From contig OZ316775.1 in NCBI GenBank assembly GCA_973851085.1, positions 12,400,001 through 12,464,000 on the forward strand: a DNA stretch of 64,000 bases, written 5' to 3'. The notes below the pieces were generated by a model that saw nothing but the letters and a program-made list of their open reading frames with translations, had not been told where the DNA came from and made no database searches. Within the stretch, counting starts at the first letter, position 1, and each line of letters starts with the position of its first letter. Made by a program: the position numbers and the translations under genes. Origin of the DNA: Ptychomitrium polyphyllum. Taxonomy: Eukaryota. This document shows positions 38,252 to 50,974 of the stretch, piece after piece.

Positions 38252-41200
38252 CTAAGATGGATTTCAAGTTTTTATTAAAGAATATGGATTGTGGATGTAC
38301 TTTAAAGGAATTACAATTTTGCATGGAAGTGAAGAGGTTTATTTATTGAGCTATAATACAAAGAGTATAATTATTATGCAAAGTATATTCTTTGTGAAAT
38401 AAATACACAAGCTAAATGGTGTTGCATAAAAGAATATTACAAGCTAAAACATATAAAAATTAAAGTCCAAAATTTCCTACAATCAATCAACTTTCATTTA
38501 TACAGTTTCTAATTTATTAGAAATTCAATATTATAATATAATATGAATGATTGTTATATAGTATTAAATTAATGGAAATGTGGCATGGAAGTTTAGATAT
38601 ATGATAAAAATGCTACAAAATTATTGTTATCTTTTGTGTCAAATTTAATAGCATATTTTACATTTGCTCTTGTGAAAAGACCAATGTGAAGATAAAAGCT
38701 TATTGATTGTTGACAGCTTCATTATATTAAAGCTCGTTTTAGAACCTCATGGTATACTTGATCATCACAATTCAGCCCCTCTTCTTAAATAGCTAAAACA
38801 ATTATCATAATAAAATGTTTATTACAATAAAGTTATTTGTTAAGTTGAACTCTCCCACCAAGTCCTTTTAGAATATGTTCTTCCTATGAATAATAGTTTC
38901 TAACAACTTTTTGACATAAGCATTAAAACACCGTGTAACAACTAATTCGTTCAATACATTACATGAAGGGTTCAACAAAATTTACGCCGAACCCGGAGAG
39001 CATGAAGCAAATTGGCTAACTGTCAATCAACTAGACAAAACGTACACTACAATGCAGTGCGGAGAATGCCATGTGCATGATGTGGAATTTAGGGCGTATG
39101 ATAGTTGGATTCCATTGCAAACTGAATCAGGCAGGTTGCATGTCCAAGGCCTCCAACACCAGCGTTCCAGTTTGTGGCAGTGGCGCAAGCTATGCGATAA
39201 CTATGTACAGAGCATGACTCTGGATGTGCTATTCTTGTTGGTTTTCTTCTTGAGTTTTTTAAGTATTACGGCATGTGATATCACGGGGTTGTTTAGTTCT
39301 AATGCAGTGCAGGCTAGAGATTCCATTGAGGTAACTCTGTGTCTTTTTCATTGTGACTGTCTTTGTATATGAGGTGCTTGCTGTGTGTCAACTACTTGTG
39401 ATTCTCAGCTTTTGTTGGTCTTTGTGCTTTCATTTTTCCCATTGCAGAGGTCGTGAATCGTGGGTGATGGCTGCTTGAACATCTGTTAGGGTTTATTACC
39501 GTGATTAGGTCACTTGTATCTTTTGTCGGTGTGGCGATGGATAGAAAAGTGGACGTTTGCTATGAAGAGGCATGCGGAATTCAGTCATGCCTGGCCAAGA
39601 ACGACTTCCAGATGGAGAAGTAAGTGTTCGTGCTTATTTTCGTTTGACCGTTACTGTGAAACGATATCATGCTTGAAGGTTGCCGCCCTTCAACATGAGG
39701 ATCTCTTTGTCAGGAGAGTTTTGTCATTGTTCCAAATCGGCAGCAGATGGCTGCATCTCACATTCTTCACGATTACTGCATTTTTCCAGCGATAGCCAGT
39801 CGTGACTCAAAGCTCATTTGGAGGTTGTTATACGGCCGCATGCAGGTGCCGCAACAGCATTTTAGAGCTGCAGGAGTGCTGTAAGCATGCGCAGTACAAG
39901 ACGAAGCACTGCGCATCAGTCTCGGGCATTCTCGCAATGACTAAGAAGAAACCAGAGAAACAGCAAGCGAGGCCTACTTCTTGATCTCTTAATCATAACT
40001 CTTTCAAACTCGTAGATGCAAACCGTCAGGATTACAGAGAGCAATATTTTAAGGTTTGTTTGGAGCCGGTTGTAACATTCGCAAAGTTAAACAGCGAGGA
40101 TAAAGAAGTGCCATTCTACCACGTTGACAAGGGGATACGAGTAACCATGAACAGTTCCCAGATTTTCAATTGCTATAGCCTGATTTTTCATGTGCATCTC
40201 AGAAATTGCCCCTTGCATGATACTACACACAGGTTTTCAGAACTCAGGACATGATCAACTCAATTAGCCTTCTGCCATTCAAGTTATTTCGATCAGTATA
40301 GATAATTTCTGAAACAAGAACACCTAGTTTCTTCCATGATAACCTAATGTTGTAAAATGTGAAAGTCACGTTGCTGAACTTTCTTCTGTTGATATTTCTG
40401 CCCGAGCTTGTGTTTCTGAGGTTGATGATTAAGCTCTACCTGCATATAGCAAACATTATTCTCACCGGTTTAATTATCTCCTGTTGTTAGTCACAGTCCT
40501 ATTAAATCACAACTTGACAATATCATCTCTCCTGGTGCCTCAGTACGTGATATAAGCCTGAACATGGTTACTATTAACGAAACCACAGTCTCTTCCTTCA
40601 TAGAATCATAGCCACAAGGAAAAAGTAAAAACAACATTCTTTAATAACATTTTACCTGAATTTTATATGAACATTCTAGGATGACTTGTAGGCTTGCTAA
40701 AGAATGCTGTATTCTTACAATCAAAATTGATTAAATTTTAACCTCCAAATGATAGATAGAAAAACGTTTTCAGACATAATAATGTTCAACTTCTTCACCT
40801 CAATCTCATACAATAGCATCACATATTAATACAACTAACACTGAAATTTACACCCAATAGGACTCAATGTTGAAAAACCAATGTTGAAAGCATCCAGTGG
40901 TAACTTTCCAAACGCCTAGAAAACATAAATATTGGATACATTTACTATTAGCTTTTCAGCATGAGCCCTGCAGGGTCTGAAACCCACTAGTACGGTCATA
41001 GTGGTACAAACTTAATTAAAATCAGCATTAATCAGAACGAAGTCACTCATGGATGGTACCTAAAACCGCGATTGAAAAGCAAACCAATGTTATCTATGCG
41101 GCCCATGAACCTCGAGAACTCAAGTGCTCGCGGTTTTGGTCATAACGACGGTTTTATGTGTTCATCCACTAAACGGTTTTAGATGTTCATCCACAGTTTG

Positions 41201-41495
41201 ACTCTGTGCAGCTATTGAGAGGCATGCAGCCACGTGGGACCTCACAACACATCACCACCATCCCCACCCGTTTGACAGTCTAACGATGGACGCAAAGCGC
41301 AGACGACGACCCGTATCGACGGAAAACTGCCTTCTCGTTGACAAACGAAACATGAACTCCTCAGAAACCCCACCCCCGCTGACAACGATCACGACAATTG
41401 CAAATCCTTGATGACGCAAGCCACGTCGGTTCCAATGCCTGAAGGGTATGCAAAGGCATGGTAGGAAAGAGGAGCTTGAGCTTCCAAGTACTTAG

Positions 41496-44400
41496 ATGGC
41501 CACTTGGCTTGCGCCATTTCTCCTCGAACCTCGCGTCGGCGAATTGCGTCGCGGCCTTCGTCGCAATCTCTCTGCCGTTCGGACGTCACGGGCAACGACT
41601 GGGAGCCCAGTCGACGCAGCTGATTGCGTGGGAAGTTCATTTTCCGCAGTTTTGGAACCCAAAGGTCCTACTTTTAGGGAGATTGGGTTCGGCAGTTTTA
41701 GTATGTTAAGGCCTTGGCGTTGCATTTCCTCGCTCGCTCAGTTGTTGCAGTTGCGAAGAGTGACAGGATTCGTGCACGAGGGCCCGCCTGCAGGTAGTGG
41801 TGCGTTGTCGAGGATTGGGATTGGGAAGGAGAACAAGCCGGTCACGATGAAGACGTCCGACGTGATGGTGAAGGCGCTGGAGAATGAGAATATCGAGTGA
41901 GTGGAGCTGGAGGGTGTGCTGGGTTTGTGATGGTTTTGATTCTCCTGGGCCTTGGGTTTGGAGGTTCTGACAATGCGGTGGACTAGAGTGGTTCTGTGGG
42001 TGGGTGAGGGATGAGTGTCTCAGAAAATTATTGTGGGGGGTTATACTTTAGCTTTGGTGTTCTTATGATTTGGGGGTCTCGCTATGTTGTTCTTTGTACG
42101 TTATGCTCTCGAGCAAGTGTGTTTATCTGTTCATTAGAAGCTGTGAGTGTGTTTTAGCTCTATCCTCTTTGGATGACTTCGTACTGTAGTGAATATTCTT
42201 ATTGAAGACGAAGGGGTTTTATCCCCTGTGTTTCCGTCGGTAGTGTATTGTTATGCGTCGGTCGGGGTCCTTGAGTACACTGAATCCTTTTTCCATCTCA
42301 AATGTTGGTCATGTCCTCTGTTGTAATTATTATGGACATGAAAAATAGTTAGCACCTTTTTCTGTCTCGTTTTGGTATTTGAGGGTAATCAATGGCCTTA
42401 CAACGTTCTGGTTATGTACTCTCTTTGATTAGAGAAGTTACATTTAGAGTGTATTTTATTTGCGGGTGAGACTTCGCGGATCTGTAAGTACCCTAGAGAT
42501 TAATTCGTTCAAGGAGCAATCTATTACTTGTACGTCGTCGATACTTCGCGAATAAGTAGCTAGGAAGGGTCGATTGCGTTTTAACGGGATTTGAAGGTTG
42601 CATGTTTCGTAAGGAATTGGCCTTTCTTTAATGGAAGTTCATGTGTGCATGAGAAGAGTGTACGTTGCGGATTGCTCATCGTGATTTGTGGCATTGTGGT
42701 CTTATGTCACTGTTAGTGTTAATCTGTTTATCAACCTGGTTGGCATGGCAGTGGAGACTGAACTTCGTGGCGTTTTGTACGCCTTTATTTTTTGTAATGG
42801 AGATTTTTTCTCTGATATGATGTGCAGGTATATATTTGGAATACCAGGAGAGGAGAATCTGGATCTTCTTGACTCTCTGCGGAATTCTCCTATTAAGCTG
42901 GTGGTGACACGACATGAGCAGGCTGCTGGTTTCATGGCTGCCACTGTGGGTCGCCTTACTGGAAAGGCTGGCTGCTGCTTGTCTACTCTAGGCCCAGGTG
43001 CCACCAACTTTACCACAGCAGCTGCATATGCCCAGCTTGCTGGGTTTCCAATGGTGAGCACTGTAAATCCCTTTTGGCGAGCGTTGCAAATTTTAGTTTG
43101 GTCTAAAATAATAGCATTCTGTTTGTGCAACACGATGACATTCTTAGATACTCGAGTTTCTTTGTCAGCTATTCCAGAAGATAGATTGTGCGCAGTTTAC
43201 CATGTGGGTATAACTTTCTTCGTTGGAAAAGTACACAGAATATCATCCTTACGGTGAGGATAGACGAAATAGTCAAGGAAATGCTAGTGCTTAATGTAGA
43301 TGTTTTCTCGAACTAAATGAGCATGGCCATTGCAAGTCAAAATAGCAGAATTTTCTAAATAGTTCTATTACTAGCCTAGAAATGTGGCGATCCTGACGAG
43401 TGTCATTATGCCTGGGGACCGGAAACAGATGATGATTACAGGGCAGAAGCCAATACGGAAGAGCAAGCAGGGCTCTTTTCAAATTGTAGACATTGTGGAA
43501 ATCATGCATCCTTTGACAAAGGTATGATATAAACCAAGTATACACAGGAGGTACCGTCTATTCAAGCCTCGGAGAATGACATTTAAGCTTTTCATGAGGG
43601 TTTATGATCATGATGTGGTCCTTGAAACCCTTCAGTGGACGCAAGTGTCAATGTGGCAAAAAATCCTGGTACTCTGCATTGACTGTACCGTTGTATACAG
43701 TTCGCAAAACAAATCGTGGATGGAGACTTGGTGCCCTCACTAGTCAGAGAGGCAGTTCGAGTTGCAGAAGAAGAGCGACCTGGTGCTGTGCATTTGGAAT
43801 TGCCAGAGGACATTGCAGGGACGACCACGGATGCACACCCATTTCCTGTCTATCCAGTCAGACGGCCAATTGCTGAAGGGAAAGCAATCAACAAAGCAAT
43901 CGAGATGATTCACAATGCTTCTCATCCACTTCTCTTAATTGGAGCAGGTGCCAATCGCAAACGGACACAGAAAATGTGAGTGGTATTAATGCCGTTTCTG
44001 TCTTACTTTTAATGGAATTTGTTGTTGTATGGAATGTGACTAGTGATTGTTACATTTGTAACGCAGTTATATCTAGATTGGACTGTGCGAACCGATTATG
44101 TGGTGGATGTTGCAGGCTCAGGGAGTTCATAGATCAGGTGCACATGCCTTTTGTGACAACTCAAATGGGCAAGGGTGTTGTGACTGGTACGCCCTGGCCT
44201 TTTTCATTGAAAGTGTAGTATAGATTGTGAAGTTAATATCCAGCACCAACCTTCTGTTGAAGATGTAGATGACATTTAATCATCTTGGTGCTTTGGAATT
44301 GGACTGAGTCGGTGTACGTTTCTGCAGAGGACCACCCCATGTATTTGGGATGTTGCGCATTATCAGCGAAGGACTATGTACACATGTCTATTGAAAAGGC

Positions 44401-47329
44401 TGATTTGATCATCAATGTTGGCCATGATGTTGTTGAGAAGCCTCCTTTCCTGATGAAGTATGGATCGTTCCTTGTGTTTCTCCTAGTTTGTAAATTGAGA
44501 AACAGAGAGTTTGCATCATCTGCTCCTTTTGTTTTTGAGGAATCGATTCTTTTACCTCAACTATCACTTGACCTATCTACCCCTCTTTTCACGTCTTTAT
44601 TATCTTAAATTGAACTTCGGATTCTTGATATTGCAGCTTTGGAAAACCTCCTCTTGTTATCCACGTGAACTTTTACACTGCGAAGGTGGATAATGTGTAT
44701 TTTCCGCAGGTTAGACAACTTCTTGATCTCTTCAGTATTGATTTGACTTGTGAAACGAGTTTTTTGATCTGGTAGAAGAAATCTAAGTTCAATCTGCTGT
44801 ATGCTCAAATTCTATTTTGTTATGCAGCCTTTGATGCTATGTGTGTATGCACTGTGCTACTCCAGACTGTGATAACCCTGAATATTGAACTTCGTGATTA
44901 TGTCTTTATAGTTGGAAGTGGTGGGCGACATAGCCAATTCAATCTGGCAATTGAAGGAACGCTTGAAGGATCAACCTTGTAAATGGGATACATCCTTCAT
45001 GATGAATGTATTGGAGACCTAACCCTGGACTCTGCATTTCCCTGCAAATTTCTGCTGTAAGAACAAGTGGATTTATTGTGCAAGACAATTCTATGCTATT
45101 GTGACAAGGGCTGATATTGCGATTGTGGGAGATTAACAGGTAAAGAAAGATATGGATGCACATATGTTGCAGGGCGTTGATGATCCTCGCTTTCCTCTTG
45201 TGCCTCAACGAGTAGTTGCAGATTTGCGGTACGTACACAGAAGGACGTTACGAGATGCTTGACTTTTCTTTCTCTCTGTTCTTGAGTCAGAATATGTATC
45301 TTCATCATATTTCTGGATTTTGAATTGACTTTGAACACCAATGGGATCAGGAGTTACATGTGAGAGAGCTAATGACGGCCTCTTGTTGCAGGAAACAAGT
45401 TCCCAGTGATGGCATTGTGTGCTTGGACAATGGTATGTACAAGATTTGGTTTGCACGGTGTTACAAGGTAATGATTGTCGCTGTCTCAATATCTTCTATT
45501 TGATCACTCATGGATCAGTTGTGCTGATGTCATTCAGCTCTGGCCTCATTATTTACGAGCCTGTTTAATTTCCACCTTACGGCCACTTTAAATGTTTTGT
45601 TTACAGTATGTGGTCAGTGCGGCAAGGGTTGTTGTAGCTCTTAAAAGACTTTCACATCACTTGGATTGCTACAAGTAGATCTGATATTTCCTTGGAAACG
45701 ATATAGGAGTTCAGTGGATACAGATGTTGATTCTGATGATAAGTATTTCTGTAAATGCAGGCCTTTGAGCCGAACACATTGCTGTTAGACAACGCCCTGG
45801 CAACTATGGGTGCAGGACTACCATCAGCTATGGCAGCGGCTATCCTTCACCCAGAGAAGAAGGTTGTTGCTGTTTGCGGTGATGGAGGCTTCATGATGAA
45901 CTCACAAGTAAGTCCGGAATGCCAACGTCAATGATACGTTTTAGATGGTTGATTTAACCAATTACGGTAAATTGTTAAAGCAACAGCAGTACTACACAGT
46001 ACCTTAATATAAACCGGATTTCAAGTTCAGTTTGTTTCTTAAGTTATGACGGGGTATGATTTTAGAATGTATGTACTAACTATATTTATGTTTAGACAAC
46101 GGAACGGATGAATTCTTCTTATATCTTAGATAAACCACACAAGAGCCGGAAGAGCTTTTATGGTGTCTCTAATATAACCTTGTGTGTTTTGCAGGAGCTG
46201 GAAACATGTGTACGATTGAGACTGAACCTGACAATCTTGGTTCTAAATGACAATGCTTATGGCATGATAAAGTGGAAGCAGAACCTCGTAAAATTCGAAA
46301 AGTGCGTTGACATTCAACTCTACCAAGATGATATGATGCCCGCCGTACTGATATGGAATCTGTTTCTTACTTAACTTAATATGAGTTTCAAATCAATAGA
46401 AGATTCAGGGCTAACTATATGCGCTGATTGTGTGGTTGTGCAGATTTGGGCTGAATCTCGGCAATCCGGACTTTGTTGCATATGCAAACAGGTGGGTGAA
46501 GACTTTTTTGAACGTTTGCATTCTATATGATAGTTTACATCAATCTTTTCATGTATGGAGAGTTACTGTAGATGTATTTGAGCGATTGCATGTGTAAGAT
46601 CCTGATTCGTTTGTTCAGAAAGTGATTGCCTTCCTTTGCATTGTGACAGCTATGGCGCCAAGGGTTATCGAGCGACCAGTGCTGACGAGTATTCAAAGAT
46701 ACTGCACGAGTGCCTCCACAATAGCCCGGCGGGACCAAAACTTGTTGAGGTAAAGATGACGTGTTCAGAAAATCCGCGCTTGTTTAGAGTGATGTATTGG
46801 CAGGAATGCGTTGGGTTTCTTCTCTTGCATAAAGCTGATAGTTCGATACTTTCAGGTCTTCGTTGTCTCTTCAGGTGTGTGATTACTTCGATTTAGACAA
46901 TGCAATCTTGGTTATCCAAAAAAATGAGTGCATTATAAATTTGATTGAAGTACATAGATGTTTAGCTTGACACGATGTTCTCTTATGATCTCATTTCTGT
47001 GTAGACTTACGATTGACTAAGTTGAGCGCGGCGAGTTCACTGAACCAAAAGAATACTCTAATACTGCAATCTGTATTGTTTGCAGGTCCCTATTGATTAT
47101 ACATGGGCGAATGAAATATTAGACGAAGAACTGCCACGTCTATTTCAGAAACGCAAAAACGAAGAAGCAGCCAAAACGGTGAGTCGTAAGAAAAGGCTAC
47201 TGTCCCTCCTAGTGAGGTTCTTGATCTGCTTTTTTGTATGTGTGCTCTACGATTATCTCACGACCAGTTTGACTTGGGCAGGTAATTTCGAAAGACCTGG
47301 CAACTGCAGCTCCAGTTCCTGCGGCGTGA
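41496..47329 (+). CDS. ThDP-dependent acetolactate synthase large-subunit-like protein of bacterial type with a ~117-aa N-terminal extension, 16 exons, about 690 aa. Exons: 41496-41896, 42828-43053, 43429-43521, 43701-43975, 44116-44186, 44328-44457, 44637-44709, 44912-45007, 45140-45228, 45392-45467, 45761-45907, 46195-46301, 46444-46491, 46650-46749, 47086-47178, 47282-47329
   Basis: Motifs YIFGIPGEENLD, TRHEQAAGFMAA (catalytic Glu), STLGPGATN, RPGAVHLELPEDIA, TTQMGKGVV, LDNALATMGAGLP, and the ThDP/Mg motif GDGGFMMNSQE...LVLNDNAYGMIKWKQ, plus NPDFVAYANSYG. All 15 introns are GT-AG and the spliced frame is open (2073 nt). Confidence 0.92.
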
Positions 47330-49043
47330 AGTTTGGACAAAGTGTGATGCCCGCATTGAAGATGTTGCATAGCCTTAAAATTGGTGTTTACATTATATGT
47401 GGATACATGTGAACGTAGAGATTAAAGGAGTAACGCAGTACTATCAGTGTGGTTTATACTATGGCATACCTCCGCTGTCTTCCATCGCAAGGCAAACCTT
47501 GCAATCTGCATAGCACCAGCAGAGCAAGGACATGAGAGTTTCATTACCTTAAACTCGTTCCTTGCAGGAACCTGCTTGGTAGAGTTGTACCTTACCCAGC
47601 AGTGGTGACGATGAGCATCAGGCTTGCGTGTTGATAGATGTGCAGTGCAAAACTGCTCAGTGCTAGCAATCAAGATCTTGTCTTAGTTACATGATTAATG
47701 AGATTTGCGTGCCTGTTAGATTCTCGCTGATGAGGAATATATATCAATGTTTCACAGGACTCCAGAGTCGTATCCACAATGCTATTCAAATTGTTTATCT
47801 AAGGTATTAACCAAGCATTGCACTATTTAAAGCGGCCATAGGGGCCTCTTGGAATACTTTACTATGGTGCTCATGTCAACCTTGTGCTGAGATTTGTGCT
47901 GAGATTTGAGTAACTTTAAGGTATGGAGAAGTTTGCATCTGATTCTTCTTAGTTTTTAAATTATATTACAAACTTTGATTGTATTAGCCAATTTAAGCGT
48001 TTTTGTATATTATTGTTTATGAGAGGGTTTCCAAATTTGCATGTGTCATTATTGCATTAGTTTATAAGAAATCAAACATTTGAAGTAGTGGTCTCCACCT
48101 ATTCTTCTATTATTTGATTTTTGACTTTCTTTCCTATCTTGTTGCGTTGGTAAGCTATCTTGTTGCATATAGTAGTCATTGAATGGATTAGAATCTTCAC
48201 ATAGTCGTCATTTTATGAAAAAAAAGGTGGCATAGGAATCATCTAATAGTTAAAAAACCTCATGGATGTAGAATATAATTATTGAAGAAACCTCAAATCT
48301 TATACCTTTCAAATTCAAAACAATATAAAATTGAAAATTGGAAGTATTTAATTGGTTACTTAAATATATATGGAAGGAATTTGGATGTAAATTGCTAATA
48401 GAAATAGCAATTTTCATGTATGACTTTATAGTTAGTAAGTTGCTCAATCTTATCTTTGTAATACCTATATTTGCTTGATTTGCTATCTAATTTGTGAAAG
48501 ACCACTTATGAAAGATTTAGTATTTATTAATAAAAAATAGATGGAACACTTTTTAACAATTGTGTATGTAGATTTATGTTAATACATCTTACATGAACAA
48601 AAATGCCCAAAAAAATGTACAAAACTTTATATAAATCACTATATATTAATTTTGTAATTTGAATATACAAATGGGTATTAATTTTTTCACATACTAAAAA
48701 AAAAGCTGAATGCATACTAAAAAAATTCCAATGCAACTATTTTTTTCAACCCATAAACAAATTGTACATCTATTATATGAATTTTCAAAACTGCACTCAA
48801 TTGTTACAAATATTTTTAGTTGTTGATTCTAAAATAACACCAAACATTAATTCATGAATAATATGGCTTATGAAAATGTCACATTTTATGACAATGTACG
48901 ACACAAGACCAATACAGATTGTTTCTAGTAAATAAAAAGTAAATATTACAAATTTTAAATACAACATGCATTCAATGATATCAAATAATATGATAAATAA
49001 GGTAAACCATAAAATACATAGACTCGATAAAATATAAACAAAG

Positions 49044-50188
49044 TGTCGCAACCCTTGTAATGCACCTCAGCAAGCGTTACGCGCGTCAACCCTATACACC
49101 CCCACATGCACATGGTTAACCCCCCTTCTCACTTTCCAAGTCTTTTTACCATTTCTCTTAGGACATCCAATTGATTGGGAGCCAATGGTCAGGTGTGGAC
49201 TTCCATTCATGTCCAAGGCCTCACTTGGTGTTACTCCCATTCTACACGACCTAACCGCACTTAGTGCTGTCTCTTCACCACCACTCATGATCCCCCATGC
49301 GATTTTAAGATCACCCCGGGCCACCATGGTGCTAGTGTAAAGATACCACTTCAACTTAGTGGTAACAAACGTACCCTTTTAAATGTGTTAGTTCCCTCCG
49401 TAAAACCGGCCATCACCGGCTCACAATGGTGTAGGAATCCCCGTGGTGAAGCCCCAACACTAGCTCCACCAATCGGGACTCACCCTTGGTCTCTACCGAG
49501 ACACTAGAGGAATGAGAAGGGGGACCAGCCCTCCCTTATAGTACTCCCTGTGGGATTTGGCAGGCCCCCTGGCCCTTTGTAGCTGGCTGAACCCCGACAC
49601 ACCTAAAGTTTTGGAAGACCACCCGATCTCCTTTGGGACTTAGCCGCTAGAAGCCTCCGGGACTCCTAGCGGACCTTCAGCGAGCTATATCTTCCTCATC
49701 CGGTGCTTGAATGTATCGAGCAATCACTCTATCGTCATCTACTCTTTGCGTAGATGCCGATAGACTCCTCAAACGTCCGATTTGAGTTAGTATTGTGAGA
49801 GATACGCCTCTCCTAAGGTTCGGGACTCCCGGGGAGTCCCTCCCTGGACTGTCCCACTCCAGTACAGTCACTGTGTAGGGCTGCCACAGTCCAGAACAGC
49901 CCCTTGGCAACCCCAACTTTGGGATGCCATAACTTTTAGCTCACTTGTCCGATTTGGGCAATCTTTAGCATTCTAGAATCAACTCTTTGTGATTCCTCTA
50001 ATGTCCACGATTTATACCTCATTGCCTTTGGTCTAAATGGGCAAGGATGTTTCTCCCCCTAGGGGTCCTTCCTACGCTAGGCCCACTCGGTTTCCTTCAC
50101 TATTGGCGCCACAAATCTCGGACGTCACTCCGAGGTCCCCCTTGTGCCCTTAGTGTTGCGGGCACTCTTCAAGGAGAGGTGCACGACA
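49044..50188 (-). repeat. 3' LTR
   Basis: TGTCG...CGACA termini; direct repeat of 55650-56794. Confidence 0.95.
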
Positions 50189-50200
50189 CTCACCTCCACC
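50189..50200 (-). other. Polypurine tract (GGTGGAGGTGAG on minus)
   Basis: Immediately adjacent to the 3' LTR. Confidence 0.8.
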
Positions 50201-50974
50201 TTAATGGAGTCGATGTCCTTATCGACTATACTTGTAGTCGGCACACCAATTTCAAGGTTCCCATCCTTTAGTGGTGGAGCAATGTGTTTCATCCAGGGTG
50301 CGACCCTCACAATGCACTCATAAGTCTTTGGCAAAGTCTCAAAGGTGTCGTTTTGGAGGTGGTCTGTTCAGGCACCCTAAACAAAAATCTTTGGGGCCCT
50401 AAACTACTCTGGACCTACCTACTTTGAGACCCTCTTGAGATACACTCCCTAGTTAGGCTACACTACCCTAACTCTTCTTTTCTGACTGGGCTAGACCTCA
50501 ATGCTCCACCAAGTTGTCTTGATTGCAAATCCAAGGTGGCTTTCATTTCACGACTCAATCGCACGGGGGTAATGCCAAGTTCCGCCCAACCTGGATCCCA
50601 CTATAACTTTTGAGACATGGGTTCATGATTTCCATGCACTAACTTTTGTTAGTTTGTAGGAGTGGCTCTTTTATGAGTACGCGCCATTACTTTATCCTCG
50701 CCTGGATACCCCCAAGACTAAGAGGTTTCATGGTTTTTACCATTCCTCCTCCTAGCCTTGGTCCACATTACTCGCCCTTCCCAACTTGGTTTCACATGTT
50801 TATTCCCCCTCTTCTACCAACTTAGCACAATCACAAGACTAGGACGTCATCTTACACTCTTCTCTTTGTACACTCAAAAGTTGAACTTTATTGCCACAAG
50901 TCAAAGAACCAATACATGATGTGAAGAATTTACTGCTACAAACCTCTCTCCTCCTACTAAAAGAGATTGATGTC

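Noticed and set aside
37640..38340. Possible Copia gag-like remnant around the CTAAG-flanked LTR
   Set aside because: Only a vague W..KM...LW pattern across a frameshift; not enough evidence.
39052..39984. Short ORFs and weak complementarity between ~39230-39260 and ~39935-39960
   Set aside because: No recognisable domain, and the pairing is too short and low-complexity to call a hairpin or miRNA.
49067..50334. Duplicated ORFs (95 aa, 79 aa, 63-74 aa) here and at 55673-56844
   Set aside because: They are duplicated only because they lie within the two LTRs, and no domains are recognisable.
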